Assembly: GCA_964468795.1 (NCBI GenBank)
Contig: CAYXWL010000001.1
Location: 147,587 to 211,586 of the forward strand
Reading direction: 5' to 3'
Source: an uncultured Candidatus Saccharibacteria bacterium
GTDB taxonomy: Bacteria; Patescibacteriota; Minisyncoccia; Phycocordibacterales; DATDWN01
DNA length: 64,000 nucleotides
How positions within the stretch are numbered: the stretch's first letter is position 1; every line of letters begins with the position of its first letter. The notes under the pieces were generated by a model. It made no database searches. It saw only the letters and a program-made list of their open reading frames with translations, and was not told the origin of the DNA. Positions 51,396-60,922 of the stretch are shown piece after piece. A program made the position numbers and the translations under genes.

Positions 51396-51736
51396 TAGAC
51401 TCGGTTGTATTTGTCTTCCAACCTGACAATATCGTTTTCGTCGAATTCGCCCGTAGAAACTTCTAAGATTATGACATCATCATCTGGAGCAGATACTCTG
51501 TGGTTTGTTCCTCTCTCGACAAAAAACTCATCTCCCTCATGAGCAGACTCGACCTTATCTCCTATTGTTACATCAGGATTGCCTTTCATCACTTTCCAAA
51601 ATTCATCCCGATTATCGTGGTACTGAAGACTAAATTCTTCTCCCTGACTCACATATAAAAGCTTTACTGTACATTTTTCATTTTCAGCAAATGTAGTAAA
51701 CGACCCCCAAGGCCTTTTTACAGTGGTAGGATTCAT
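51395..51736 (-). CDS. Cupin-type mannose-6-phosphate isomerase (ManC C-terminal-like)
   Basis: RPWG, SLQYH..R.E.W, EVSTG...E.DIVRLED.Y. Confidence 0.88.
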   Translation of the reverse strand: MNPTTVKRPWGSFTTFAENEKCTVKLLYVSQGEEFSLQYHDNRDEFWKVMKGNPDVTIGDKVESAHEGDEFFVERGTNHRVSAPDDDVIILEVSTGEFDENDIVRLEDKYNRV

Positions 51737-51779
51737 ACTTAAATATTAACACAGATTTCATATAAGCAAGCTCGGAAAT

Positions 51780-52529
51780 TCACATATACCGGCTTAAAAA
51801 CTCGAGGGTTTGATTGGGGTTATCCTCTTGGATAAAGTCTATTCCGGTTGTTTTTACGGATTCGTCATTTCCACCTTTATACAGAGCGTCTCCGACGAAA
51901 ATCATATCTGGCTCCTTAACTTTTAAAATCTCCTTTATTTTCCTAATAGCAAAGGCTTTGTTTATGCCTTTTTGGGTAATATCTATAGAAGAAATACCGC
52001 CTAGATTCGCGTCGAACTCTGGAATTTTCTTTTTTAGTATCTGAATTATCTTTTTTCTTTTGCTCTGATCTGGATCCCATTTTTCCTTTACGCTATAAGG
52101 CGCCTCCTGACCCTTTCCTGAAAAGGTAACCTGACTTCCCCTTTTTTCAATTATTTCTCCATAATTACCAGACAGATCAATTTTGAGCTCGCTAACTGCT
52201 TCGCCGAGTGCCTTGATAATTTTATTCATTTCTTTGTCTGAAAGCCTTTCCTCGTACAAAACCTTCCAACCTTTCTTTTCCGCATCGTAAACGTAACAAG
52301 CACCGCCCATTGTCGGGAAAAGTATTAAATTCTTGAGCCTTTCAGGACTATTATCCAGCTTTGCAATAAGCTGTTTTTGGAATTGAGGAAATGCCCCTCC
52401 GGATATGACTGCCACATATTGTCTTGCCAAGACATGATTCAGCACTTCTGCCATATCAGGAGAGATAGAAGCCTTGCTTGGCGCAAGTGTCCCATCGAGG
52501 TCGCAGACAATAACTTTTTTAGAGTTCAT
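51780..52529 (-). CDS. HAD-IIB phosphomannomutase-like protein
   Basis: DLDGTLA, ISGG, E.RGSQVTFS, GGISSIDI, GDAL..GGND. Confidence 0.85.
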   Translation of the reverse strand: MNSKKVIVCDLDGTLAPSKASISPDMAEVLNHVLARQYVAVISGGAFPQFQKQLIAKLDNSPERLKNLILFPTMGGACYVYDAEKKGWKVLYEERLSDKEMNKIIKALGEAVSELKIDLSGNYGEIIEKRGSQVTFSGKGQEAPYSVKEKWDPDQSKRKKIIQILKKKIPEFDANLGGISSIDITQKGINKAFAIRKIKEILKVKEPDMIFVGDALYKGGNDESVKTTGIDFIQEDNPNQTLEFLSRYM

Positions 52530-52578
52530 AATATGGTAATATTATATTATCACTAATTTCAAATTAAGATAATCGCAC

Positions 52579-52965
52579 ATGAGGAAAAGTATTATTGGAT
52601 TTTTCGATAAAATGGAAGACAAGATACGAGGCAAGCTTAGCCGGCTCCCTATTCTCTATGCTTTAATCGGAGGGGTAGGTGTGGTTCTATTTTGGAGAGG
52701 AGTTTGGCATATTGCAGACGACCTTAACCTGCACTCTGCACTTTCCTTAATTTTAGGAACGATAATACTTCTCTCAACCGGAGTTTTTGTTTCAGCCTTT
52801 GTAGGAAATCGTCTCATTATCACTGGATTAAGCGGAGAAAAAAAGCTTTCTGATAAAACCGTAGAAGAAATAGAAACAGAAGAAGCTCAGCTGGCAAAAC
52901 TGCAAAAGACAGTCGAAAAAATAGAGAGTGAAATTAGCATTCTCGAATCGGAGTTGAAAAAATAA
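52579..52965 (+). CDS. Two-TM protein with coiled-coil tail
   Basis: GVVLFWRGVW motif, TMs, acidic coiled coil. Confidence 0.7.
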   Translation: MRKSIIGFFDKMEDKIRGKLSRLPILYALIGGVGVVLFWRGVWHIADDLNLHSALSLILGTIILLSTGVFVSAFVGNRLIITGLSGEKKLSDKTVEEIETEEAQLAKLQKTVEKIESEISILESELKK

Positions 52966-53406
52966 TTACTTTATTTTTTCCATTATCTGCCTCATCATCT
53001 CATCCTGATTTTCTAGGTGTATTAGGATTGATTCAATTTCCTCCTCAGCTTTCATGTTTACCTCAAAATCTGCCTCCGCCCGAGCTTCGGCGTGCTTGCC
53101 CTGAAGATTTTGACCGATCAAAAGCAACGGCATCAGGAATATCTGAATCATATTGGATATAAATAGCCACAAGACAAAAGCAGGATAGGGATCAAAATGA
53201 TACTCTTGAGGACCTAGCATATTCCAGCCAAGCCATACAATAGTCCAAAAGAATATTATTAGGAAAAAACCCATAGTGCCGACATGCTCGGTTATCCACA
53301 TGGCAAAAATATCAAGCGAGCTCAAATTTTCTCTTCTTAGATCATTTACATTTCTTATCGGCTTTCTGCTTCTAAGCTCTCCTGAATTAAGAGGTACTTT
53401 TTTCAT
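52966..53406 (-). CDS. DUF1003 membrane protein
   Basis: VGTMGF, FDPYP, PLLLIGQN. Confidence 0.85.
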   Translation of the reverse strand: MKKVPLNSGELRSRKPIRNVNDLRRENLSSLDIFAMWITEHVGTMGFFLIIFFWTIVWLGWNMLGPQEYHFDPYPAFVLWLFISNMIQIFLMPLLLIGQNLQGKHAEARAEADFEVNMKAEEEIESILIHLENQDEMMRQIMEKIK

Positions 53407-53428
53407 AGCTTTATTATAAACAATTCAA

Positions 53429-53983
53429 TTACAAAGCTCTAGCCACTAGTCCTATTAGATAGATTCCGATAAAGTTAAAAATAAAAGAGATCGGAACAAA
53501 AAGTCTTGTTTTCATTTTAGATGCTCCCAAAAGGCCGATGCCGAGCTCGTCTGGAAGTGGAGAGGCAATTATTGCTCCTCCGATAAGGAAAGTTATCCAT
53601 CTGAAATATTTTAATTTAAAAAGAACTTTCATTCTTTTCCAAACGCTGTTGTGAGTCATCAATTCAGCAAAATGAACTGACAGCTGATCTTTTACAAACT
53701 GAAAAATAATTAAGTCTCCTATCACTGCCCCTACGGCTCCAAAAAAAGAAACCTCGATAATATTGGCCGAGGTTGCGATTTGTCCCAATGTCACTATGGC
53801 AGGAGCAGTAGTAAAAAGTGAAGTAAAAAATAATCCTGCGATAAAACTGCCGATAAACTTTAGATTTGAAGTGGAAGAAAGCAGGTCTGAAAGGACATTG
53901 GACTTTACAAGAAGAACTGCAACTATGATGCTGAGAGCAATGAGGGAAATATCGTGTTGTATGCCATACTTTGCTTTGGTCAT
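53429..53983 (-). CDS. Membrane protein (DedA/SNARE-associated-like)
   Basis: GAVIGDL.IF, SPLPDELG. Confidence 0.6.
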   Translation of the reverse strand: MTKAKYGIQHDISLIALSIIVAVLLVKSNVLSDLLSSTSNLKFIGSFIAGLFFTSLFTTAPAIVTLGQIATSANIIEVSFFGAVGAVIGDLIIFQFVKDQLSVHFAELMTHNSVWKRMKVLFKLKYFRWITFLIGGAIIASPLPDELGIGLLGASKMKTRLFVPISFIFNFIGIYLIGLVARAL

Positions 53984-53985
53984 AT

Positions 53986-54525
53986 TTAAACTTTTCTGCA
54001 GATATAAAAGAAAGCCGGTGGCGTGTTAAGAAAAGTAAATCTCATCTTTACGGATCCAAAAAAAGTTCTAAGCAGGCTGAGAGACTCAGGCAGATATTGG
54101 AACTGCAAGAATATTCCTCCAAAACGCAAATTTTCTACAGCTCCGCTTATAATGCCTTCTTTTACTCTGTCATTAAGGTTAGATAATGGTATGCCGGAAA
54201 TAATGTAATCAGAATTTCGATTTACATATTTTGAGACATTTTCAGCGGAATCCTTTATGAGAATCATTCTTTCATCCCTTATTTTGGACAACCTCCTGTA
54301 AAAAACCTCATCAATTTCAAATACATATAAAACAGCATCCTTCCTCATTTTTTTTAGAATCTCTTTTGTAAAAGATCCGCTACCTGCGCCCAATTCCACT
54401 ATTATTTTTGCTGTCTGAAAATCAACTTCGTCGAGCATATCCTCGACTAAAAAAATAGAGCTGGGCGATATAGCACCAACCTGTTTCCACTTTTTTATGA
54501 ATTGAACGATAAAAGAGTCACCCAT
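53986..54525 (-). CDS. SAM-dependent methyltransferase (phospholipid N-methyltransferase-like)
   Basis: VGAISPSS, VELGAGSG, ISGIP, QFQY, N.PPA. Confidence 0.82.
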   Translation of the reverse strand: MGDSFIVQFIKKWKQVGAISPSSIFLVEDMLDEVDFQTAKIIVELGAGSGSFTKEILKKMRKDAVLYVFEIDEVFYRRLSKIRDERMILIKDSAENVSKYVNRNSDYIISGIPLSNLNDRVKEGIISGAVENLRFGGIFLQFQYLPESLSLLRTFFGSVKMRFTFLNTPPAFFYICRKV

Positions 54526-54701
54526 TTACTTGTATAATAACATTTTTTTGAATAAGAAAAAAGCCCGACGGACCGACGGCGAACGACATACGCGACGACG
54601 ACTGTTGACGAGCTTTTCCGGGCAAACGCCCGCTAAAACCAGTATAGAATGAACTAGTGAGGCCGTGGGCTGGGAAAACCACGGCGGTCGAAAAGGTGGG
54701 A

Positions 54702-54908
54702 CTAACGAGCCTGACTTGCTCCGTATCTTACGCCAGTCTTTGCGACTGGCATTGCCTGAAGTTGCCTTTCTGGGAGCGGTTTCCCGCAAATGCTGGTGCA
54801 GTTCCTCTGACCCCTGTCAGGTTGCTTCATGTGGCAATGCGGGCAAACGATCTCGCTGGTGGGACGTGCACTCGCCTTGTGGGGACCTGCCTCATGAATC
54901 TTGACCAT
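54702..54908 (-). CDS. Small zinc-ribbon orphan protein
   Basis: TTGACT-N18-TATTAT promoter, GGAGG SD, CPHC...CTSICGKPL; GC-rich. Confidence 0.6.
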   Translation of the reverse strand: MVKIHEAGPHKASARPTSEIVCPHCHMKQPDRGQRNCTSICGKPLPERQLQAMPVAKTGVRYGASQAR

Positions 54909-55006
54909 ACTAGCCTCCGAGTAAAATAATACACCGAAAATAAATTTTTAGTCAAGTTTGGGGATTATGGCAATTAATAAAGCTTGCTATCTGATAAAAT
55001 GTCATT

Positions 55007-56659
55007 ATGGATTCAAACATTTTGAACGACTTGCGAAAAACTTTTCAAGGAGAAATAGATTATTCAGAAGATACTTTAAAAACATACTCCAGAGACGCCA
55101 GTCTTTTTGAAGTGAAGCCTTCGGTAGTCATATTCCCTCGCGATGTCGAAGACGTAAAATGCGCAGTGAGATGGGTAAACGAAAACAAAAAACAATTTCC
55201 TCATCTTTCTATAACCGCAAGGTCCGCAGGAACAGACATGAGCGGAGGCCCATTATCGCAGTCTGTAGTAATGGATTTTACAAGGTACATGAATAAAGTT
55301 GTGTCAGTAAATGACGAATATTCAGTTGTACAGCCAGGTTGCTATTACAGAGATTTCGACAAAGAGACACGAAAAAAAAGCAGGATAATGCCAGCATACA
55401 CTGCTTCTAGAGAAATTTGCGCTGTCGGTGGCATGGTTTCCAATAACAGCGGAGGCGAAAAAAGCGTAAAATACGGAAAAGTAGAAAACTATATAAAGAA
55501 GCTGAAGGTTGTTTTTTCCGATGGAAATGAATATGAAGTCATCCCCATGACTTTAGCGGAAATCGAAGAAAAAATTCCCAAGGGAGGCTTTGAGGCAAAC
55601 CTCTATTCAAAAATATACGATCTTGTTAAAGACAACTACAAGGATCTTGCAGATGCCAAGCCTGATGTTTCAAAAAATTCCTCTGGCTATTATCTATGGA
55701 ACGTATATGACAAGGATAAAAAAACTTTTGATCTCTGCCAACTGATAGTTGGCTCCCAAGGAACTCTCGGCATAGTGACGGAGATAACATTCAAGCTGGT
55801 GCCAATTCCAAAATACTCAAATCTTCTTGTAGTTTTTCTTCCCTCCCTAGATAAGGTCAGCGAACTGGTAAACAGGATACTGCCGTACAAGCCCGAAAGC
55901 TTGGAAACGTATGACGACAAGAGCATGATCTTGGCTGTAAGGTTCTTTTTTGATTTCTTTAAACAGCTTGGATTTTTTGGAGCACTTAGACTTGGCCTTC
56001 AGTTCATACCGGAGACGTTCATGATAATGACTGGCGGAGTGCCAAAACTCATCTTGATGGTGGAATTTACTGGAAACACCGAAGAAGAAGTATTTAAAAA
56101 GCTTGTCGAAGTAAAAGATCACATAACCGACTTTCATTTTAAAATGCACATTGCAAAAAATAGCGAGGAAGCTGAAAAATATTGGGACATAAGGCACGAA
56201 AGCTTCAATCTCTTGAGAAAACATGTTCACGGCAAGAGAACTGCGCCATTCATTGACGATATAATTGTTAAGCCTCAATACCTGCCGGAATTTTTACCAC
56301 AGCTAAAAGCCCTGCTTGATGAATACAAGCTCGACTACACAGTTCAAGGGCATTTGGGCAATGGCAATTTTCATATTATTCCGCTTATGGACCTTAACTC
56401 CCCTTTTTCTGCAGATGTAATCCTAGAGCTTGGCGGAAAAGTGTATTCGCTGGTTAAAAAATACAAGGGTTCCAACAGTGCGGAACATAACGATGGAATA
56501 ATCAGGACGCCATATCTTCTCGAGCAGTTCGGTCCGAAGATTAACGGATTATTTGAAGAGACAAAAAAGATTTTTGATCCGCAAAATATCTTTAACCCAG
56601 GCAAGAAAGTTGGCGGAAGCTTTGAAGACATAAAAAAGTGGCTGATGAAAAAGAACTAG
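55007..56659 (+). CDS. FAD-linked oxidase (D-lactate/glycolate dehydrogenase family)
   Basis: AGTDMSGG, GGMVSNNSGG, GSQGTLG, GHLGNGNFH, AEHNDG, FNPGK. Confidence 0.9.
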   Translation: MDSNILNDLRKTFQGEIDYSEDTLKTYSRDASLFEVKPSVVIFPRDVEDVKCAVRWVNENKKQFPHLSITARSAGTDMSGGPLSQSVVMDFTRYMNKVVSVNDEYSVVQPGCYYRDFDKETRKKSRIMPAYTASREICAVGGMVSNNSGGEKSVKYGKVENYIKKLKVVFSDGNEYEVIPMTLAEIEEKIPKGGFEANLYSKIYDLVKDNYKDLADAKPDVSKNSSGYYLWNVYDKDKKTFDLCQLIVGSQGTLGIVTEITFKLVPIPKYSNLLVVFLPSLDKVSELVNRILPYKPESLETYDDKSMILAVRFFFDFFKQLGFFGALRLGLQFIPETFMIMTGGVPKLILMVEFTGNTEEEVFKKLVEVKDHITDFHFKMHIAKNSEEAEKYWDIRHESFNLLRKHVHGKRTAPFIDDIIVKPQYLPEFLPQLKALLDEYKLDYTVQGHLGNGNFHIIPLMDLNSPFSADVILELGGKVYSLVKKYKGSNSAEHNDGIIRTPYLLEQFGPKINGLFEETKKIFDPQNIFNPGKKVGGSFEDIKKWLMKKN

Positions 56660-57823
56660 ATGAAAAAGAATCCAAAAAATTTCAACATTAAAGCTCTAGT
56701 ATTATCTTCGTTGGTTACCATAGGCATGATTTCCTATCTAAGCTGGGGCGGAGAGGAAAAAACCCTAGCAACAAAAGAAAGCCGAGAACCCGCCTTTTAT
56801 CCTAAGCAATATTCCGACGATCACATAACTGCAAATGCCATTGTCACTGATCCGAAATATAAAAACCTAGCTACTGTAAGAAGCGACGCTATGCTCGCTA
56901 ATGTTGTCAGTTCGTTTCAGACTAGCAGTGGTGGTGTAGCATCAAGCGAGATGGAGAAAGGGACATGGCTTTGGACACCAATTTTGGACCAAACAAGTGC
57001 ATATCAGCAAAAAATAATTGCCCAGTCGAAAAGAAATGGTATAAAGAACATTTATCTTTCCATAGACTCGTATCTTGATATATACATAATGGCGGACGGA
57101 GAGGAAAAAGCTTCAAGAAAAAAGCAGTTTGATCAAAAAGTTTCTGATTTTATATCACTGGCAGAAAAAAATGGAATGACTGTAGATGCAGAGGCTGGAT
57201 GGCGAAACTGGTCTGAACCAGGCAATTCATACAAGGCATTTGCCATTTTGGATTATGCAATAAAATTTAACAGGTCACATACGGAGAAACTCAGAGGGTT
57301 GCAACTCGATGTAGAGCCATACTTATTGCCTGCCTACAAGGATAACAAGGCAAAAGTTTTATTCAACTTCGTTAATTTTATAGACGAGACAGTTGCCAGA
57401 CTTGATAAAAGCGACCTTAGCCTTTCAGTTGTCATACCAGAATTTTATGACGGAGAAAACGATATGACTCCAAAGTTTACATACAATGGCCAGAAAAATT
57501 ATGCGATCAGCCACTTATTAAGAGTGCTGGACAAGAGAGAGGGTAGCAAAATTATTGTGATGTCTTATAGGAACAAAAGCGAAGGAAAAGATGGAGCAAT
57601 AGAAATATCAAAAGGAGAAATAAGTGTAGCAGAAAAATTTAAGACTAAAATCGTACTAGCAGAGGAAACTGGCGATGTAGAACCACCATATATAACTTTT
57701 CACAATACCAGCAAATCATACTACTTGAAGCAAGTCTCTCTCCTTGAAAAAGCATTTTCTAAAAACAAAAGTTACAACGGTATTGCCATTCATTATGTAA
57801 ATTCTTTTTTGGATCTTAAATAG
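56660..57823 (+). CDS. Membrane-anchored protein, possibly glycoside-hydrolase-like barrel
   Basis: N-terminal TM; WLW, GLQLDVEPY, VMSYR, AIH motifs. Confidence 0.55.
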   Translation: MKKNPKNFNIKALVLSSLVTIGMISYLSWGGEEKTLATKESREPAFYPKQYSDDHITANAIVTDPKYKNLATVRSDAMLANVVSSFQTSSGGVASSEMEKGTWLWTPILDQTSAYQQKIIAQSKRNGIKNIYLSIDSYLDIYIMADGEEKASRKKQFDQKVSDFISLAEKNGMTVDAEAGWRNWSEPGNSYKAFAILDYAIKFNRSHTEKLRGLQLDVEPYLLPAYKDNKAKVLFNFVNFIDETVARLDKSDLSLSVVIPEFYDGENDMTPKFTYNGQKNYAISHLLRVLDKREGSKIIVMSYRNKSEGKDGAIEISKGEISVAEKFKTKIVLAEETGDVEPPYITFHNTSKSYYLKQVSLLEKAFSKNKSYNGIAIHYVNSFLDLK

Positions 57824-57888
57824 CCAATGACAAGATGATGAATAATCATCTTTTTTCTTGCATTTTTAAGGCAAGGTAAGTACATATT

Positions 57889-57959
57889 TCACCAGTAGTT
57901 TATATCTACTGTGATAGGCTAGTGTGTCTTCTAGCACACAGCCTTATTCGGCTAGAAGA
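57889..57959 (+). promoter_or_regulatory. Structured 5' leader with pseudoknot or alternative pairing
   Basis: Loop TCTTCTAG (57927-57934) is complementary to CTAGAAGA (57952-57959). Confidence 0.45.
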
Positions 57960-58025
57960 AATTTGAGAATTATTCATTAAAAGAAAGTCATTATTACTAG
58001 CATTTATTAAATAATATAATTATTC

Positions 58026-59360
58026 ATGAATATTAAAAATAATAAGATAATGCCAGCAACTGGAGTTATTGTTGGGTTGGCGCTCGCGATAGCAAGCTTT
58101 GCTCCTATCGCCTTCGCACAAACTTCAGGAACTGGAACAACTGGAAGTGGCGCCACAACTTCTGGCACCACAGGCACAACCGGTAACACCGGCACTGGAA
58201 CAGGCACCTCTGGTACCGGAAGCACAAATAATACAGGATCAGGTACTAGTACAGGCACAACAAATAGTGGATCAAGTGGATCAGTAACAGGAGGAACAGA
58301 CAATACTGGCTCAGGAAGTAGTACGACAAGCTCTGGCACTACAGGTACAACTGGCACAACCGGTAACACTGGTACTGGAACAGGTACTGGAAGCACAGGA
58401 AACACGTCTGGAACTGGAACCAATACTTCTACTTCGACAGGAACAGGTACTGGAAGCAATACAAATGAAAATTCTTCAGGATCTACTCAGGCTTCAACTT
58501 CGCCAGTACAGATAAGAGTGATGAACCATCTATGTAATACAAACATAAGAAACATGGATGATTTCAGAAATATGCAGCAAGGAAAGGGTTCTGTTCAAGC
58601 CTTTGCTGAAGCAGAGGCAAACTGTCCTAACTCAGTTTTGCCAGGAAATCAGCCTGTTTCCGGAACAGTTTCTGCTCCAAAGACAGTGTTCGATTATTCC
58701 CTAATGGCTCCTAACGGAAGCGTTAGCACCCTGAATAATGCTACGTTTATGAACAAGTCAGTATGTGAAAACGAATTCAATACAGACTTTAATCATAGTG
58801 GCAACATATCATCAAGTACATGTTTAGATGCATCGGAATACGTATTTCCTGCTATCGCATCAAGCAGTGCTGGATGGAATGTAACATTGACTGAGACATC
58901 AGCACCTGCAGGATACCACTTCGGTACTGTACTGTTTACCCCAAGAGAGTTAGATCAGAACAATGACGCAAGCTCACTAGTGTCATCGTCTACAAATTCA
59001 AGCAATGGACAGTCAACGATAACATTGAATGTTTCAGGAGACAATGACAGAGTTGTAACTCTTCACGTCTTCAATTTCCTAAACGGAACGACAGGAACAA
59101 CAACAAACAATGGAGGTAACAACAATGGTGGCAACACAGGTGGAAACAATAACAATAATGGTGGTAATACTGGAAATAACAACGGAGGAAACACAGGAAC
59201 TACTACAAATGCAACTACAACACCATTTATGGATAGAGAGATAACTTTAGCTAGACTAAATGCAATAGTTAACATATTGCAGAGAGTACAGGATATACAG
59301 TCAAGAATTGTAGATATAGTAGCGTCTTTAGCATCTACAAACTGGATGATGGGAAGATAA
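58026..59360 (+). CDS. Secreted Thr/Gly/Ser- and Asn/Gly-rich surface protein
   Basis: Signal peptide ending AFA; low-complexity tracts flanking a 4-Cys globular domain. Confidence 0.8.
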   Translation: MNIKNNKIMPATGVIVGLALAIASFAPIAFAQTSGTGTTGSGATTSGTTGTTGNTGTGTGTSGTGSTNNTGSGTSTGTTNSGSSGSVTGGTDNTGSGSSTTSSGTTGTTGTTGNTGTGTGTGSTGNTSGTGTNTSTSTGTGTGSNTNENSSGSTQASTSPVQIRVMNHLCNTNIRNMDDFRNMQQGKGSVQAFAEAEANCPNSVLPGNQPVSGTVSAPKTVFDYSLMAPNGSVSTLNNATFMNKSVCENEFNTDFNHSGNISSSTCLDASEYVFPAIASSSAGWNVTLTETSAPAGYHFGTVLFTPRELDQNNDASSLVSSSTNSSNGQSTITLNVSGDNDRVVTLHVFNFLNGTTGTTTNNGGNNNGGNTGGNNNNNGGNTGNNNGGNTGTTTNATTTPFMDREITLARLNAIVNILQRVQDIQSRIVDIVASLASTNWMMGR

Positions 59361-59393
59361 TCTACTCAGTAAAAAGTATATTATGCTAAGTAT

Positions 59394-59417
59394 AAAAGAC
59401 CGCACATGCGGTCTTTT
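59394..59417. terminator. Bidirectional terminator
   Basis: AAAAGACCGCA-ca-TGCGGTCTTTT between convergent genes. Confidence 0.75.
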
Positions 59418-60297
59418 ATACTGACATTCTTTTCAATTCGGCTATTCTCTGCTCGATAGGTGGATGGGTCATAAATAAGCCTTTCCAAGAAGTCCCTTTG
59501 AAGGGGTTCTCAATCCACATATGTGCAGTTGATGATTTTGCCGATAGCATAGGCGTATTATCATTTTTAATTTTTTCCAAAGCAGAAATAAGCCCTGCAT
59601 TGTTATGTGCCAGTTCCACTCCAGAGACATCGGCCAGAGATTCTCTTTTGCGAGATATTGCTAGTTGAATAAGCATTGTTCCGATGGGAGCTAAAATAGA
59701 CAAAATGATTCCAAATATAAAAATCATTCCTCCATTTTCATCTCTTCTGTTACCACCAAACATTTGAGATCTCAAAAATATATCAGCAACCAATGTAACC
59801 ACCCCAGCAAGCACTGCTGCTACTGTTGATACCAATATGTCTCTGTTTTTAACATGAGAAAGTTCATGGGCCAAAACACCCTCGAGCTCTTTTTCTCCCA
59901 GCTTTTGCAAAGCACCTTCTGTAACTGCGACCGCTGCATTGTTGGGATTCCTTCCTGTAGCAAAAGCATTTATCTGCATTTCTGGTGTTATGTATAGCCG
60001 TGGCATTGGCATTTTTGCCACTTGAGAAAGCCTGGAAACCATATCAAAAAGCATGGCATTATCTTCCCTTTTTATTTGCTTTGCCTTAGCCATGCTTAGA
60101 GCTATGCTGGCAGACATGAAATAGCTTATGAAAGAATAGGCTATGCTGAATATAACTGCATACAAAAGAAAGCTAGGATCTCCGTAAACCTGCGAAATTA
60201 TCCACCCTAAACCGCATACGATGAGAAAAAATATTCCGAACAGCACCCATGTATGCCTGATATTCTGCTTTCCGTAATCTCCTGGTCTTATTGCCAT
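59416..60297 (-). CDS. htpX: Zinc metalloprotease HtpX (M48)
   Basis: NAFATG, HELSH, SRKRESLAD, THPP..RI. Confidence 0.93.
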   Translation of the reverse strand: MAIRPGDYGKQNIRHTWVLFGIFFLIVCGLGWIISQVYGDPSFLLYAVIFSIAYSFISYFMSASIALSMAKAKQIKREDNAMLFDMVSRLSQVAKMPMPRLYITPEMQINAFATGRNPNNAAVAVTEGALQKLGEKELEGVLAHELSHVKNRDILVSTVAAVLAGVVTLVADIFLRSQMFGGNRRDENGGMIFIFGIILSILAPIGTMLIQLAISRKRESLADVSGVELAHNNAGLISALEKIKNDNTPMLSAKSSTAHMWIENPFKGTSWKGLFMTHPPIEQRIAELKRMSV

Positions 60298-60334
60298 AAT
60301 ATTTACTTATATTACATACGAGATGAATATTTAA

Positions 60335-60835
60335 TTACATTTTCCTTGAGTCGTATGCCCAGTGGAGCAGAGCTTGTCTTTGTTTTGTATGGCAGGAATA
60401 ATCGCCAACTCTACAGTTTTTATGGATTTGAGCAATATGCCTTGTCATAGCTTTCCATCTTTTTATCTGCCTTTTATCTTCTTCCGGCAACCTTCTACCC
60501 ATGTAGTACCGACAATACCACTGAAACCATCCTCTAGGATCATCCTTGTATATCCACCCTTTTTTCCTCCAGACAGATAAGGGTTGTGAGGCATTGACGC
60601 CAAAAAAATTCAATTTTGGATCATGCTTTTCCTTGCACAGTTTCGCCTCTTTATACCAATCCTTTGGAAATTCTTTATCGCAGTCAGTCATATATTTTCC
60701 TCCAAACGCTCCGAGCTTTAGTATTTCTTTTGGGGTTAAATCCGGCTTGAATTCTGGATCAAAATTTTTTCCCACAGGCTCAGTACATTCATACGTATAG
60801 CCCTTCTGCATTTTATCGTTTACCACTATTTTCAT
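60335..60835 (-). CDS. Conserved-looking hypothetical protein
   Basis: LTPKEIL.LGAFGG.Y, DPRGWFQWYCRYYMGRR, RQALLHWAYD. Confidence 0.75.
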   Translation of the reverse strand: MKIVVNDKMQKGYTYECTEPVGKNFDPEFKPDLTPKEILKLGAFGGKYMTDCDKEFPKDWYKEAKLCKEKHDPKLNFFGVNASQPLSVWRKKGWIYKDDPRGWFQWYCRYYMGRRLPEEDKRQIKRWKAMTRHIAQIHKNCRVGDYSCHTKQRQALLHWAYDSRKM

Positions 60836-60922
60836 AACATTATTAGTATAGCAAAAAACCGCTTTCGCGGTTTAAGCATTTTACGTCATAAGGACATTAT
60901 AATGTGACCAAAAAATTTAAAA

